A DNA stretch of 64,000 nucleotides from positions 1,408,001 to 1,472,000 of the forward strand of contig OZ247587.1 of assembly GCA_965233865.1 (NCBI GenBank), given 5' to 3'. This DNA is from Candidatus Neptunichlamydia sp. (GTDB lineage: Bacteria; Chlamydiota; Chlamydiia; Chlamydiales; Simkaniaceae). Each line of letters begins with the position of its first letter. Position 1 is the first letter of the stretch. The notes beneath the pieces are model-generated. The model did not search any database. It saw only the letters and a list, made by a program, of their open reading frames with translations, and was not told where the DNA came from. The position numbers were made by a program, and so were the translations under genes. Shown here one piece after another: positions 40,713 to 51,517 of this stretch.

Positions 40713-42431
40713 ATGGAAAATTTAACAAACCAGCTCCAGAAGCAAGCAAGCCATGTGATCAAGGAATTATTTCCTGAGGCTGATTCTGTAGCCGATATCG
40801 CTAAGAGTACAAACCCCCAGTTTGGGCACTACCAGTGCAATTCTGCGATGAAACTTGCAAAGGCTTTGAAATTCAATCCTCGAAAGATTGCAGAGAAAAT
40901 TCTTGAAAAGTGGCCAAAAGAGGGGATGATTGAAAAACTTGAGGTTGCTGGTCCAGGTTTTATAAATATTACGTTGTTACCGGAGTTTCTTTCCAAGCAA
41001 GTCACTGAGGCCGCTGCTGATCCTCGGCTAGGGGTATCATCTCTCAAAAAAAAGAAGAAAGTGATTGTAGAATTTTCCTCTCCTAACGTGGCAAAAGAAC
41101 TCCATGTGGGTCATCTCCGCTCTACAGTAATAGGGGAGAGTTTAGCTCGCCTGTTTGAATTTTTAGGACACGATGTTCTTCGCTTAAATCACATTGGAGA
41201 TTGGGGAACGCAGTTTGGAATGCTCATCACTTACCTGAAAGAAAAAGAACCAGATGTTCTTGCCGGAAAAAAAGAAACCAACCTTTCTTCCTTGATGAAC
41301 TGGTACAAAGACTCGAAAAAGGTATTTGATGCCGATCCAGAATTCAAAAAACGGGCTCAACTCCAAGTGGTTAGTCTGCAGGGAGGAGATCAAGAGACCC
41401 TTAACGCATGGAAAAGGATCTGTGAGATTTCTCGCCGAGGGTTTTCAGAGATTTACACATTTTTGGATGCCAATCTTACCGAGAGAGGAGAATCTTTTTA
41501 TAATGAGCGTCTTCCTAGAATCGTTGAGGAATATGAAAAATCGGGAATTGTTGAAATTTCTGATGGGGCAAAGTGTGTGTTTCTTGAAGGATATGAAATT
41601 CCTATGATTTTGCAAAAATCTGATGGAGGATTCAACTACGCTTCAACAGATGCGGCGGCCCTTGCGCAACGTGTGAGAGAAGAGCACGCAGAACGGATTA
41701 TTTATGTGGTTGATGCAGGGCAACAACTGCACTTCCAAATGGTTTTCAAAGCCGCGCTGAAAGCGGGAATTTATGATCCTGAAAAGGTGCAAGTTGAACA
41801 TGTTCCTTTTGGGGTGGTTCTTGGCTCTGATGAGAAGAAATTCAAAACGCGATCTGGAGAAACAGAAAAACTTATTGATCTTCTTTCTGAAGCAGTACGT
41901 CAAGCGCGTATTCTCTTGCAAGAGCGCCTTCAAGATGGGACAGAAACAGAAATTGATGAGCTTGCTCATATTCTCGGTGTTGATGCAGTCAAATATGCCG
42001 ACCTCTCTTGCCATCGTGTTAAAGATTATATTTTTAGCTACGACCGCATGCTGAAGTTTGAAGGAAATACTGCCGCGTACCTCTTATACTCCTATGTACG
42101 CATTCAAGGAATCAAAAGAAAATGCAACAAAGACATTCATGTTCTTTATGCAAACACCCCCATCATCTTAAAACATCCTACAGAGATTGCTCTGGGCTTG
42201 CAATTGCGTCAATTTGGAGAAACGCTTGCTCTTATGGATCGCGATCTTCTCCCTAATCGCCTTTCTGATTACCTCTACGATTTAGCTGAAAAGTTTCATG
42301 CTTTTTTTCGCGACTGTCGCGTTGAAGGGGTGGATGAAGAAAGTAGCCGGCTTGTTCTGTGTGAGCTAACAGCACGCATCCTCAAACAAGGACTTCAAAT
42401 CCTTGGCCTGAAGACGATGGATCGAATGTAA
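40713..42431 (+). CDS. argS: Arginine--tRNA ligase
   Basis: FSSPNVAKELHVGHLRST, NHIGDWGTQFG, KFKTRSG and GNTAAYLLY motifs. Confidence 0.99.
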   Translation: MENLTNQLQKQASHVIKELFPEADSVADIAKSTNPQFGHYQCNSAMKLAKALKFNPRKIAEKILEKWPKEGMIEKLEVAGPGFINITLLPEFLSKQVTEAAADPRLGVSSLKKKKKVIVEFSSPNVAKELHVGHLRSTVIGESLARLFEFLGHDVLRLNHIGDWGTQFGMLITYLKEKEPDVLAGKKETNLSSLMNWYKDSKKVFDADPEFKKRAQLQVVSLQGGDQETLNAWKRICEISRRGFSEIYTFLDANLTERGESFYNERLPRIVEEYEKSGIVEISDGAKCVFLEGYEIPMILQKSDGGFNYASTDAAALAQRVREEHAERIIYVVDAGQQLHFQMVFKAALKAGIYDPEKVQVEHVPFGVVLGSDEKKFKTRSGETEKLIDLLSEAVRQARILLQERLQDGTETEIDELAHILGVDAVKYADLSCHRVKDYIFSYDRMLKFEGNTAAYLLYSYVRIQGIKRKCNKDIHVLYANTPIILKHPTEIALGLQLRQFGETLALMDRDLLPNRLSDYLYDLAEKFHAFFRDCRVEGVDEESSRLVLCELTARILKQGLQILGLKTMDRM

Positions 42432-42561
42432 TACCTCCTCCCCTGCAGTGGATATGCGGGAGTGTTTTTAACCAGGGAGTTTATTTACTGAAAAGACAAA
42501 AGCACTTATAAACAAAGAGAGACATAAAATAGAATGTTTGTTTGGGTTTTTTATTTTAGCC

Positions 42562-43506
42562 CTAGGGGCTAATGGGAGTTTTAGAAGTGTTGTGGGGAAT
42601 TTCCTGCACATATGTTGGAATGGCGTAGCCTGGAAGTTCTTTTCTTAGGGTATCGATGAGTTTTTTTCCTTTTTCTATGGAGACTTCAAAGTGCGCTGCT
42701 TGCTCAATCCGGTCAAGTTGATGCAGGTAGTAAGGAATTACACCATTTGAAATGAGAGTCATAAAGAGGGTTTTTAAAGTTTCCACATTGTCATTGATGT
42801 TTTTCAAAAGGACTGTTTGCGTGAGAACAGGAGCTTGGATTTTCTTAAGAGAAGAGAGAACGTCTTGATCAAGCTCTTTTGGGTGGTTTGTATGGAGAAT
42901 AAAAATGACTTGCAGGCGCGTTTCTTCAAGAATTTTTAAGAAAGAAGGGGTGATTCGCTCAGGAATGCCAATGAGGAAACGGGTATGAAAGCGGAGGAGC
43001 TTTAGATGGGGGATTTCGCTTAGGGTTTCGATTAATGCTTTTAAGCGTTCATCAGATAGGGAAAGAGGATCGCCGCCACTTAGAATAATTTCATAAATGG
43101 TAGAATCGTTTCTGATGAGCTCAATTTCCTCAGTATGATCTTTATCCTGCTCATAGGGATAATTTTGTCTGAAGCAAAACCTGCAGTTCATGACACAGGC
43201 GCTGGTGGTAATTAGTAGAGCACGTCCTTGATATTTTTGTAGAAGGCGGGGGCTTTTTTGGAAGGAGAGGTCAGAGACAGGATCAGCTATAAACCCAGGT
43301 GTTTTCAAGGTTTCTTGATGGATTGGTAGAAACTGCATGAGAAGAGGATCATCAAGTCGGCCCTTTTCTACTTTTTCGGCAAGCCTTCTCGGAAAATTCA
43401 AAGGGAACGAGGATTTTAAGATTACACTTGAATCGATCTCTAGAAACTTTGCAAGGTTACTAATCTTTGTAAAGTTAGTTTTTTGAATCTGTCTCCATAT
43501 CTCCAT
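42562..43506 (-). CDS. epmB: KamA-family radical SAM lysine 2,3-aminomutase (EpmB-like)
   Basis: CVMNCRFCFR, ILSGGDPL, RFHTR, PYYLHQLD and C-terminal PLP lysine (SKTP). Confidence 0.85.
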   Translation of the reverse strand: MEIWRQIQKTNFTKISNLAKFLEIDSSVILKSSFPLNFPRRLAEKVEKGRLDDPLLMQFLPIHQETLKTPGFIADPVSDLSFQKSPRLLQKYQGRALLITTSACVMNCRFCFRQNYPYEQDKDHTEEIELIRNDSTIYEIILSGGDPLSLSDERLKALIETLSEIPHLKLLRFHTRFLIGIPERITPSFLKILEETRLQVIFILHTNHPKELDQDVLSSLKKIQAPVLTQTVLLKNINDNVETLKTLFMTLISNGVIPYYLHQLDRIEQAAHFEVSIEKGKKLIDTLRKELPGYAIPTYVQEIPHNTSKTPISP

Positions 43507-43530
43507 AGAAACAGTATAGCTGCTTTACTG

Positions 43531-44880
43531 CTAAGTTGCAATCAGGGGCTCAGGGGATATAACCCTTTCAATGTTGGCGCCGAGAGATTGGAGCTTTCCT
43601 TCAAGATTTTCATACCCGCGATCGAGATAAGGAAGTCCTGTTAGGGTGCTTTCTTCAGAGGCAAGAAGTGCCGCCATGACATAAGCAAAGCCTGCTCTGA
43701 GATCAGGTACTTCGATCTCCATCCCCCGGAAATCGGATGGCCCCTTGACGATGAGGCTATGTTGGTAGTTTTGGGAGGTAAAACGGCAGGGGCGGTCCCC
43801 AAGACATTGTGTAAAGCGCTCGACATGAGCACCCATTTTTAGAAGAGTGTCGACATAACCAAAGCGGTTTTCATAGACTGTTTCATGAACAACTGAACTG
43901 CCATGGGCTTGGGTGAGAAGGACGACAAAAGGTTGCTGCCAGTCAGTCAAAAATCCAGGGTGAACGTCGGTTTGGAGATGAAGTCCTCCTTTGAGAGGTC
44001 CTTGATAAAAGAACTCAATGCCACCTTCTTTTACGGCAAAGCCACCATTGATCTGTCTAAGTTTATTGAGAAAGGTGATCATGTGAGATTGCTGCGCTCC
44101 TTCTACAAAAACCCGTCCGCGTGTTGCAATTGCAGCCATTCCAAAGGAAGCGGCTTCAATGCGGTCCGTAATTACTTTGTGTTCGACCTCGTAGAAGGTG
44201 GTTGTTTCTTGGACATAAATGGTTCGATCCATGTCGACATAAATCACAACACCAAGCTTTTGCAAAAAAAGGATTAAGTCCATGACTTCGGGTTCAATGG
44301 CGGCGCCACGAATTGTTGTGCGTCCTTTTGCGCGGCATGCTGCAAGGACTGCATTTTCAGTTGCCATCACAGAAGGGTAGGGTAGTTCAACAATGCTACC
44401 TTTCATCCCTTCAGGAGCATGGGCAAAGTAGGCATGTTCATTTTTTATGGTGCGGTATTCAACAACTGCCCCAAGCTTTTCTAAGGCCATGACATGAAAA
44501 TCTACAGGGCGTTTTCCAATTTTGCACCCTCCAACTGTGGGGACAATAATGTTTTCTCGGGTGCGTCCTAATAAGGATCCCATCATGAGTATTGGAATCC
44601 GGTTGGCTCCAGAAAAGTTCAGGGGGATGTAGGAGGATTTGATCTCCTTTGTGACAACTTCCATCCGCCCATTTTTTCGATCCCATTCCACTTCCATTCC
44701 AATTTCTTTGCAGAGATTGACCGTTGTTTCCACTTCAGAAATATCGGGGACATTTGTGAAGATACACTTCTTATCAGAAAGCAGAGAGGCAACAAGCATC
44801 TTTGTGATCGCATTTTTTGCGCCCGCAGCTTTGACATGCCCTTCTAGAGGTTTTCCACCAGTAATCTTAAATGAGTTCAT
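43531..44880 (-). CDS. murA: UDP-N-acetylglucosamine 1-carboxyvinyltransferase
   Basis: GAKNA, GGCKIGKRPVDFH, DRIEA, HPGFLTD, ETVYENRF, DLRAG and RGYE motifs. Confidence 0.97.
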   Translation of the reverse strand: MNSFKITGGKPLEGHVKAAGAKNAITKMLVASLLSDKKCIFTNVPDISEVETTVNLCKEIGMEVEWDRKNGRMEVVTKEIKSSYIPLNFSGANRIPILMMGSLLGRTRENIIVPTVGGCKIGKRPVDFHVMALEKLGAVVEYRTIKNEHAYFAHAPEGMKGSIVELPYPSVMATENAVLAACRAKGRTTIRGAAIEPEVMDLILFLQKLGVVIYVDMDRTIYVQETTTFYEVEHKVITDRIEAASFGMAAIATRGRVFVEGAQQSHMITFLNKLRQINGGFAVKEGGIEFFYQGPLKGGLHLQTDVHPGFLTDWQQPFVVLLTQAHGSSVVHETVYENRFGYVDTLLKMGAHVERFTQCLGDRPCRFTSQNYQHSLIVKGPSDFRGMEIEVPDLRAGFAYVMAALLASEESTLTGLPYLDRGYENLEGKLQSLGANIERVISPEPLIAT

Positions 44881-44890
44881 ACGACTTGCA

Positions 44891-45829
44891 TCATAACAAC
44901 TTCAGTTGTTTCTGAAACGTGATTTCTTTTCCAACTTGTAAATAGTTTGGAAGGACGCCTTTATTTCCTTTTTCATAAGACAAGCTTTTCCCAAGTGTTA
45001 ATGCGAGCCAACCCATTGTTTTTCTTAGGTTAATTTCAACGATGGGATGAAGTTTTTGGTTGTAAACCATTGCATCGATTCCCAAGTTACCTCGAAAACC
45101 CATCTCAAACAGTCGTTTCAAAGGGATTTGCGCAACTTCGAAATGCTCCTTTAAAAAGGGGATTTCTTTTCCGATGTAGGTTTTGTTGTATGCACCCCAC
45201 TCAGTGTTTTCCATTACAGTAGATCCTAAGTAAGTGATCTCATCACTTAACATCCATTGCGTACTAAAATCCATTTCACGTTTCACCCAGGGCTCTCCAA
45301 TCAATAGATGGCCTTTTTCAAACTCTTTGAAAGCCTCTGGTGGAAGATCGTTTTCTTTTTGCAGTATCCACCGTCCCCGTCCTGCAAAACCAAAACAGGT
45401 TTTCACCACTTTGGGGTACGGACCTTCACGAAGCCACTTCTTCACTTCTTGTGGATGATGTAAAAGTTTTGCTCCAGGAAGCGAAGGGCTATGTGTGAAG
45501 GCAAAAGTTTTAGATGCCATTTCTCGTAAATGCTCAGGAACATGGTGGGGAAGAGAGGCCCATTTTTGGACGGCTTTTGACCATCCCCACGTTTCAATTT
45601 GGTCATATCCATCGACCGGATCGTCAAAAAGATGAACATTCAAATGTCTTGGCACTTCTGGAGGTAGGTGACTCACAACCACTCCGTCGCCGTCTTTAGC
45701 ATAAAGGAAAGGGAGAAACTGAAGCTGCAAAAAATTTGGATGAACCATGAAAGATTCTTTCAGTCCAAGAGAGGAATGGGTTTCAAGTTCCCATTCAAAA
45801 TTGACATTGCAGATATGGAGTGTCTTCAC
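44891..45829 (-). CDS. ATP-grasp-fold protein of unknown function
   Basis: VVKTCFGFAGRG, IGEPWV, GFRGNLGIDAM and IVEINLR motifs. Confidence 0.7.
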   Translation of the reverse strand: MKTLHICNVNFEWELETHSSLGLKESFMVHPNFLQLQFLPFLYAKDGDGVVVSHLPPEVPRHLNVHLFDDPVDGYDQIETWGWSKAVQKWASLPHHVPEHLREMASKTFAFTHSPSLPGAKLLHHPQEVKKWLREGPYPKVVKTCFGFAGRGRWILQKENDLPPEAFKEFEKGHLLIGEPWVKREMDFSTQWMLSDEITYLGSTVMENTEWGAYNKTYIGKEIPFLKEHFEVAQIPLKRLFEMGFRGNLGIDAMVYNQKLHPIVEINLRKTMGWLALTLGKSLSYEKGNKGVLPNYLQVGKEITFQKQLKLL

Positions 45830-45844
45830 TTATAATCTCCTGCT

Positions 45845-46339
45845 ATGAGATACCGTACAGGAATAGGCCAAGATAGTCACCGGTTTTTACAAGATGGAAC
45901 AGAAAAAAAGTGCATCATCGCTGGACTTTCTTTCGAAGGGGCTCCGGGGCTCGATGCTGATTCCGATGGAGATGTTGTGTTCCACGCTATTTGCAATGCC
46001 ATCACCTCCCTGACTCATGTTCCAATCCTTGGGGGAATCGCGATCGATCTCTGCAGAAATCAAGGGATAACCGATAGTCGGGTTTTTTTAGACAAAGCTA
46101 TAGAAACCCTTGGCGACCAAATTATTGAACATGTAGCTCTTACCATTGAGGGAAAACGCCCCAAGTTTCAAAAACGGGCTGATGACATTCGCAGTAGCGT
46201 TGCCAGTGCGTTGTCAGTCAATATGAATCAGGTTGGAATCACATTCACTTCAGGCGATGGCCTTACTGCTTTTGGGAAAGGTGAAGGAATGATGTGTTAC
46301 TGCATCCTTACAACCCATACCATGCCTATAAAGACTTGA
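45845..46339 (+). CDS. ispF: 2-C-methyl-D-erythritol 2,4-cyclodiphosphate synthase
   Basis: GIGQDSHRF, DSDGDVVFHA and GKGEG motifs. Confidence 0.93.
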   Translation: MRYRTGIGQDSHRFLQDGTEKKCIIAGLSFEGAPGLDADSDGDVVFHAICNAITSLTHVPILGGIAIDLCRNQGITDSRVFLDKAIETLGDQIIEHVALTIEGKRPKFQKRADDIRSSVASALSVNMNQVGITFTSGDGLTAFGKGEGMMCYCILTTHTMPIKT

Positions 46340-46394
46340 TAAACAAGTCGAGCCTTGGTAGCTTCGTTTATTTCAAAGACTCATTTGAGGCAAT

Positions 46395-49300
46395 ATGCGG
46401 TTTGTCTTAGGTTTAATTTTCTGTTTTCAATCTCTGTTTATCTTTGCCGAAGATTACTCAGGGGATAACGTTGTTCTTTCTACTCCTGGGCAAATTGCAA
46501 CTCTGCATGCTTCGTTAAATGATCTTGTTGGGGGTCTGATCAGTCCTTTGAGTGGGCAGCTTGCTTTAAAAAAAACAGATCTTGTGATTAAAGGGGCTCA
46601 GAGTCTCTACTTAAATCATCTGTACATTCCTCCGTGTATCCCTAGCTCTTTTCCTCAGCACAAAAAACAGCAAACCGAATGGAATCGTTTTTATTTAGCA
46701 CAGCACCTTGTAAGCTCTTATAAAGGGTGGACCTACCTTCCACACCTTTGTCTGCAATACTTTCCAGCTTCTGGCGATATCTATTTATCAGATCCAAGTG
46801 GAGCGACCTTAAATTTTCGTTTATCTGGTAATGGCACGCATCTTGTTTCAGATTCTTATGCGATTAGCAATGTTTCGGGGGACGTGCCGAGTGGAAAAAA
46901 CGATCCAAGAAATACGCGCATTGTTTGCGATAGAGCCTCTGGTACGATCCATGTATCTTCTCCCGATGGGAGCACAAGATTCTATGGAGATAGCTACAGA
47001 AACTCCTCGGGAAGGACGATTTTTCTTTTGTTAAAAGAAAGACTTCCCAATGGAAAAATCCTTCGTTATCTGTATCATAAAAAACAGCTAATTTCTATAG
47101 AAGCAAAAGACCCAGAGGAACGCTTTACCTACGCAAAAATTCATGTTGAAAATGGTCTTACTCTAAGTGGTGGATCAATGGCTTTTCGAGCGTCCTCTGG
47201 CGTCAGTGCGCAGCATGTTCATACCCGCCGCTCTCTTCCCGCTAAACTAAAGGAGAACCCTTTCACTGGAGAGAGTGCAAAGCACTTTGAGTGGGATCCT
47301 ATTTTACCCGCTCTTTTAACCGAGGTAAGCAGTCCTTTTTTTCAAGAAGAAATCCTGTCTTACGACAAGCATTTCTTGCTGACAGATTATTCTGGTAAGG
47401 ACAACCTTTTTATGTGTTCTTATGGAAGTTATGGCTCCCAGAACGAGCATTTTAGGGTACAAACCCTTAGTTTTGCGATGGGCCCGAATGAAACCTTTCA
47501 ACCCGTTTATACTCTCAGCTATGATCCTCCTATTCCTGGTCAGCGTTTTGGCTACACAGTCGTAAATAACCCCGATGGTACATTTACACGTTACAATTTT
47601 TCAGAAAATCTTTTGATAACCTCTATTCAGTGGCTTGACGAAAAAAGTGTTTTGAAAAAACAAAAAACTTTTAATTGGACAGATCAACATTACCTATCTG
47701 CTATCGAAATCAAAGATAGAAATGGTTTAGCTATTCATCGAAAAACGTTTGAGTATGATCCGTTTGGAAATCCTATTGTTGAAACACTCCAAGGAAACCT
47801 TACAGGGAGAGAAGAAGACGAAACTTACATGATCAAGAGAGAGTTTTCTCAAGATGGGAGAAATCTCTTGCTTAAAGAAGTCACTGAAGAAGGGAAAGCC
47901 ACCACCTGGGAATATCTTCCTGAAACAAATCTCGTCACAGCAAAGCTGATCAAAGATCACAATCACATTTTTCAAAGGGAATTTCATATCTACGATGACT
48001 GCCATAACTTAATTCGTGTCATTCATGATGATGGTAGCGGAAAAGATCCTACTGATCTATCAGCAGTGAGTCAAAGAACCATCAAAGAATATCACCTTAG
48101 ACAGAAAGATCCTTTCCTCCATTTACCTGAATGGATAGAGGAGAGGTATTGGGATCAAGGGGAAGAAAAGCTCTTAAGACAGGGACACTTTGTATATGAT
48201 GTCCATGGAAATATCAAAGAAGAGCATGTTTATGGAAGTGATCGTAAATTTGCGTATACCATACGACGATCCTATAATGAGCGTGGAGACGTTCTCTCTG
48301 AAACTAATGCACTTGGAGATCAAGCTTCCTATATTTATGATGCAAAAGGACGCCTCACCTCTAAAAATACCTTTTCTGGAAGGCTCCATACGACCTTTGT
48401 GTATGATAAACAGGGGAGACTGAAACAAAAAGAAGAGGAAGGAGAAGGGCTTAAGCATGTTGATTTATACAAATATGACTTTCTTGATCGTCTGACTGGC
48501 AAGATTGATCCTTTTAAAAACCTCACTTCTTACATGTACGATCCTCTTACAGATCGTGTGATCCAAACAATATTTCCCTGTATTGAATCTATTCAAGGCG
48601 GATCTTCTGTTGTGCAGACCCATGCTAGCCACGATGTTTTGGGTCATTGTCTTACACAAACAGATACGAATGGAAACGTGACAAAGTACAAGCGCAATAT
48701 CTACGGATCTCCTTTTCATAAGATTTACCCCGATGGGGCTAAAGAACATTCCCGCTATACACAAAGTGGACAGTTAGCTTCCCATACAAATCTTGATGGA
48801 TTAACTACCCACTACAAGCGCGATGTTTTAGGACGGACCCTTTCCAAAAAGTATGCGGATCGATCTGGGGAAAGGGTTGCTGAGGAGACGTTTACCTACA
48901 ATGGCTTTAATCTCTTAACCCATACAAACAAAGCAGGACACACAAAAAAATATGTTTATGATGGGGCTGGCCGTAAAATTCGTGAAGAGTATCGTGGTCG
49001 GGTGACTCGATTCACGTATAATCCTCTAGGGTTTTTAGAAAAAACTATCTATGAAAATGGCTTCAACACCCTCATTGTTGCTTATTCAAGGGATCATCTT
49101 GGACGCATTTTAAAAGAGGAAAAACGGGATAGCTCTGGAAACGTTCTGCATAGAAAGGGATATACCTACGATGCAGATGGAAATCAAAAGACCCTTTCAC
49201 GCTTCATCCACGGCAAGGAAGCAGTAGAATCATTTGATTATGATCCCATTGGTCGTATGCTTTCTTATACCGATGCACTCGAGCATGTGACGACTAAGGC

Positions 49301-51512
49301 ATATAACGAAGATTACATGAACGCCATTGGGCAACAAGTTCTCCAGTTGACAACCAGAGACCCCCTCCAAACCTCAAAAGAGACAACTTACGATGCCTTT
49401 GGCAGAGCTATACAGGAAACAACATTTCATCCTCATGGGCAACCCGTTGCTCAATATAAAAACATCTATAACCCATCTGGTAACCTGACTTACCGCATAG
49501 ATGATATCTATCATGGTGTTGACCATATGGGGACTCAAGCGATTCAGCATACCTATAATCCTAGGGGACAAATTGCAAGCACCACCCGAGGATACGGCTC
49601 AAGCAATCCCAGACTGACATCTTATCACTATACTCATGAAGGAAGGCTTGGTACAAAAACAAATCCTGACCAAATTTCATTGGTTTATGAATACGATTCC
49701 TTGGGGTTTTTAGCCTCTATTAACTCTTCAGATCACCAAATTGATCATCGCTTTGAATACGACAAAGAAGGCTACCTTTTGTCTGCAACAGATGAGAGAT
49801 TTGGGCTTACCATCAAACGAGAGTGGGACCCATTTGGAAACATCATCAAGGAGACCTTTCCAAATGGGCTAGCGGTGGAAAAAGACCACGACGCTTTAGA
49901 TAGAGCGACTATTTTTAGGTTGGACGGGGTAGGAGAGATCCATTATAGATATGATCCTCTTTTTCTAAGAGAAGTCACACGATCGTCCGTTGAGGGAATC
50001 ACTCTGTATTCTCATCAATATGATTCCTATGATCAAAATGGAAATATCCTCTCAGAGAAGTGCATCTATGGCTTAGGGTTTATCAGCCATTGCTGGGATC
50101 TTAAAGGGAGAAGGGTGGGGATGACTAGCCCCTATTTAATCGAAACAGCTTTGTATGATCCCTGCGATAACCTGCAGAACAAAGTCACAGATAATCAAAC
50201 ATATGAGTATTCCTACGATGCACTTTATCAACTCACCTCTGAAAAAGGAGAAGAGTTATTTACTGCTCATCAATATGATTCGCTGCGAAACATCCTTGAA
50301 AAAGATGATCAAGTTGTACAAACCAATCCTCTCAATGAACTCCTCTCTATGGGAAAGACTAGGTGTGAGTATGACCTAAATGGGAGGCAGACTCTCAAGC
50401 AATCCCCTGAGGGAGAGTTAGCCTTTACTTACGATCCCCTTAATCGATTGACATCTGCTTCTGGGAAAGATTTCGCGGTGTCTTTTTTATACGACCCCTT
50501 GGGCAGAAGGCTTTCCAAAAAAATAGAAAAGCACGGTTTTTTCGGAACATCAGAGTCTACAGAGCACTACCTATACGACGGAGAAGAAGAAATAGGAGCC
50601 GTGACAGATAGAGGAAAACTCAAAAATCTTAAGGTGCTAGGAGCTTCCTCCTATCAAAGCGTGCGTCAACCGATAGCAATTGAACTAGGCGGACAGGTTT
50701 TTGCCCCCATTTTGGACATGCAAAGTAACGTCAGAAAACTGGTTGATCCGTGCAGAAACATGCATGCAGCTTACCGCTACAGCGCATTTGGTGAGGAGCA
50801 AAAGACTCCCGACCCATCAAATCCTTGGCGTTATTTTTCTAAAAGGATAGATCCCGAAACAGGGTTGATTGACTTTGGAAAGCGTTACTACGACCCGCAG
50901 CTGTCCAGATGGTTAACTCTTGATCCCGCAGGATTCCAAGATAGCATCAACCCCTACCAATATGCCCTGAATAACCCATTTAAATACTATGACCCCAACG
51001 GAGAAACCCTCGTGGGTTTTCTTGGTGGTATTGCTCAGATTTTAGCTGGGGGAGCCATTATGGCTTCTGGTGTAGCCATTGAAGTCGCAACCTTCGGAGG
51101 GTATACGTTTGCTCTGGGATTCCATGAAGCTGCAGGGCTCGCTTTGATGACTACTGGATGTACTCAGGCGATGTATCATGCCAAAGATCTTTCTATGCCC
51201 AGTAGGTCTTCTAAAATCCAACCCATAGCTAGTTGGGACATGTATGAAGGCGTTAGAGACTTTAGTATAGATGCGCATGGAAACCTCATTTATATGTCCA
51301 AAGATAAAAAGCATACTCCGGGGCAGGAAGCACTAAGTGATTTAGTAAAAGAAAAGGGGAAAAAAGGAGTAACAAATGCTGAAGCAGACACACTACTTGA
51401 TTGGGCGGAAGAGTATGATTTTCCACGTAGAGACGATAGAGGTAAACCGATTCATTGGGAAGGAGGTGAACATATTCACTTGGGTCCAAAACATGTTAAA
51501 GTGTACGATTAA
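46395..51512 (+). CDS. Rhs/YD-repeat polymorphic toxin with Sec-type signal peptide and His-rich C-terminal toxin tip
   Basis: Many YD repeats; core end RYYDPQLSRWLTLDPAG...NPYQYALNNPFKYYDPNG; hydrophobic pre-toxin segment; tip ...HWEGGEHIHLGPKH. Confidence 0.95.
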   Translation: MRFVLGLIFCFQSLFIFAEDYSGDNVVLSTPGQIATLHASLNDLVGGLISPLSGQLALKKTDLVIKGAQSLYLNHLYIPPCIPSSFPQHKKQQTEWNRFYLAQHLVSSYKGWTYLPHLCLQYFPASGDIYLSDPSGATLNFRLSGNGTHLVSDSYAISNVSGDVPSGKNDPRNTRIVCDRASGTIHVSSPDGSTRFYGDSYRNSSGRTIFLLLKERLPNGKILRYLYHKKQLISIEAKDPEERFTYAKIHVENGLTLSGGSMAFRASSGVSAQHVHTRRSLPAKLKENPFTGESAKHFEWDPILPALLTEVSSPFFQEEILSYDKHFLLTDYSGKDNLFMCSYGSYGSQNEHFRVQTLSFAMGPNETFQPVYTLSYDPPIPGQRFGYTVVNNPDGTFTRYNFSENLLITSIQWLDEKSVLKKQKTFNWTDQHYLSAIEIKDRNGLAIHRKTFEYDPFGNPIVETLQGNLTGREEDETYMIKREFSQDGRNLLLKEVTEEGKATTWEYLPETNLVTAKLIKDHNHIFQREFHIYDDCHNLIRVIHDDGSGKDPTDLSAVSQRTIKEYHLRQKDPFLHLPEWIEERYWDQGEEKLLRQGHFVYDVHGNIKEEHVYGSDRKFAYTIRRSYNERGDVLSETNALGDQASYIYDAKGRLTSKNTFSGRLHTTFVYDKQGRLKQKEEEGEGLKHVDLYKYDFLDRLTGKIDPFKNLTSYMYDPLTDRVIQTIFPCIESIQGGSSVVQTHASHDVLGHCLTQTDTNGNVTKYKRNIYGSPFHKIYPDGAKEHSRYTQSGQLASHTNLDGLTTHYKRDVLGRTLSKKYADRSGERVAEETFTYNGFNLLTHTNKAGHTKKYVYDGAGRKIREEYRGRVTRFTYNPLGFLEKTIYENGFNTLIVAYSRDHLGRILKEEKRDSSGNVLHRKGYTYDADGNQKTLSRFIHGKEAVESFDYDPIGRMLSYTDALEHVTTKAYNEDYMNAIGQQVLQLTTRDPLQTSKETTYDAFGRAIQETTFHPHGQPVAQYKNIYNPSGNLTYRIDDIYHGVDHMGTQAIQHTYNPRGQIASTTRGYGSSNPRLTSYHYTHEGRLGTKTNPDQISLVYEYDSLGFLASINSSDHQIDHRFEYDKEGYLLSATDERFGLTIKREWDPFGNIIKETFPNGLAVEKDHDALDRATIFRLDGVGEIHYRYDPLFLREVTRSSVEGITLYSHQYDSYDQNGNILSEKCIYGLGFISHCWDLKGRRVGMTSPYLIETALYDPCDNLQNKVTDNQTYEYSYDALYQLTSEKGEELFTAHQYDSLRNILEKDDQVVQTNPLNELLSMGKTRCEYDLNGRQTLKQSPEGELAFTYDPLNRLTSASGKDFAVSFLYDPLGRRLSKKIEKHGFFGTSESTEHYLYDGEEEIGAVTDRGKLKNLKVLGASSYQSVRQPIAIELGGQVFAPILDMQSNVRKLVDPCRNMHAAYRYSAFGEEQKTPDPSNPWRYFSKRIDPETGLIDFGKRYYDPQLSRWLTLDPAGFQDSINPYQYALNNPFKYYDPNGETLVGFLGGIAQILAGGAIMASGVAIEVATFGGYTFALGFHEAAGLALMTTGCTQAMYHAKDLSMPSRSSKIQPIASWDMYEGVRDFSIDAHGNLIYMSKDKKHTPGQEALSDLVKEKGKKGVTNAEADTLLDWAEEYDFPRRDDRGKPIHWEGGEHIHLGPKHVKVYD
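51050..51199 (+). repeat. 150-bp direct repeat, copy 1 (pre-toxin segment in the Rhs gene)
   Basis: Identical base for base to 52101-52250. Confidence 0.97.
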
Positions 51513-51517
51513 AGGAT

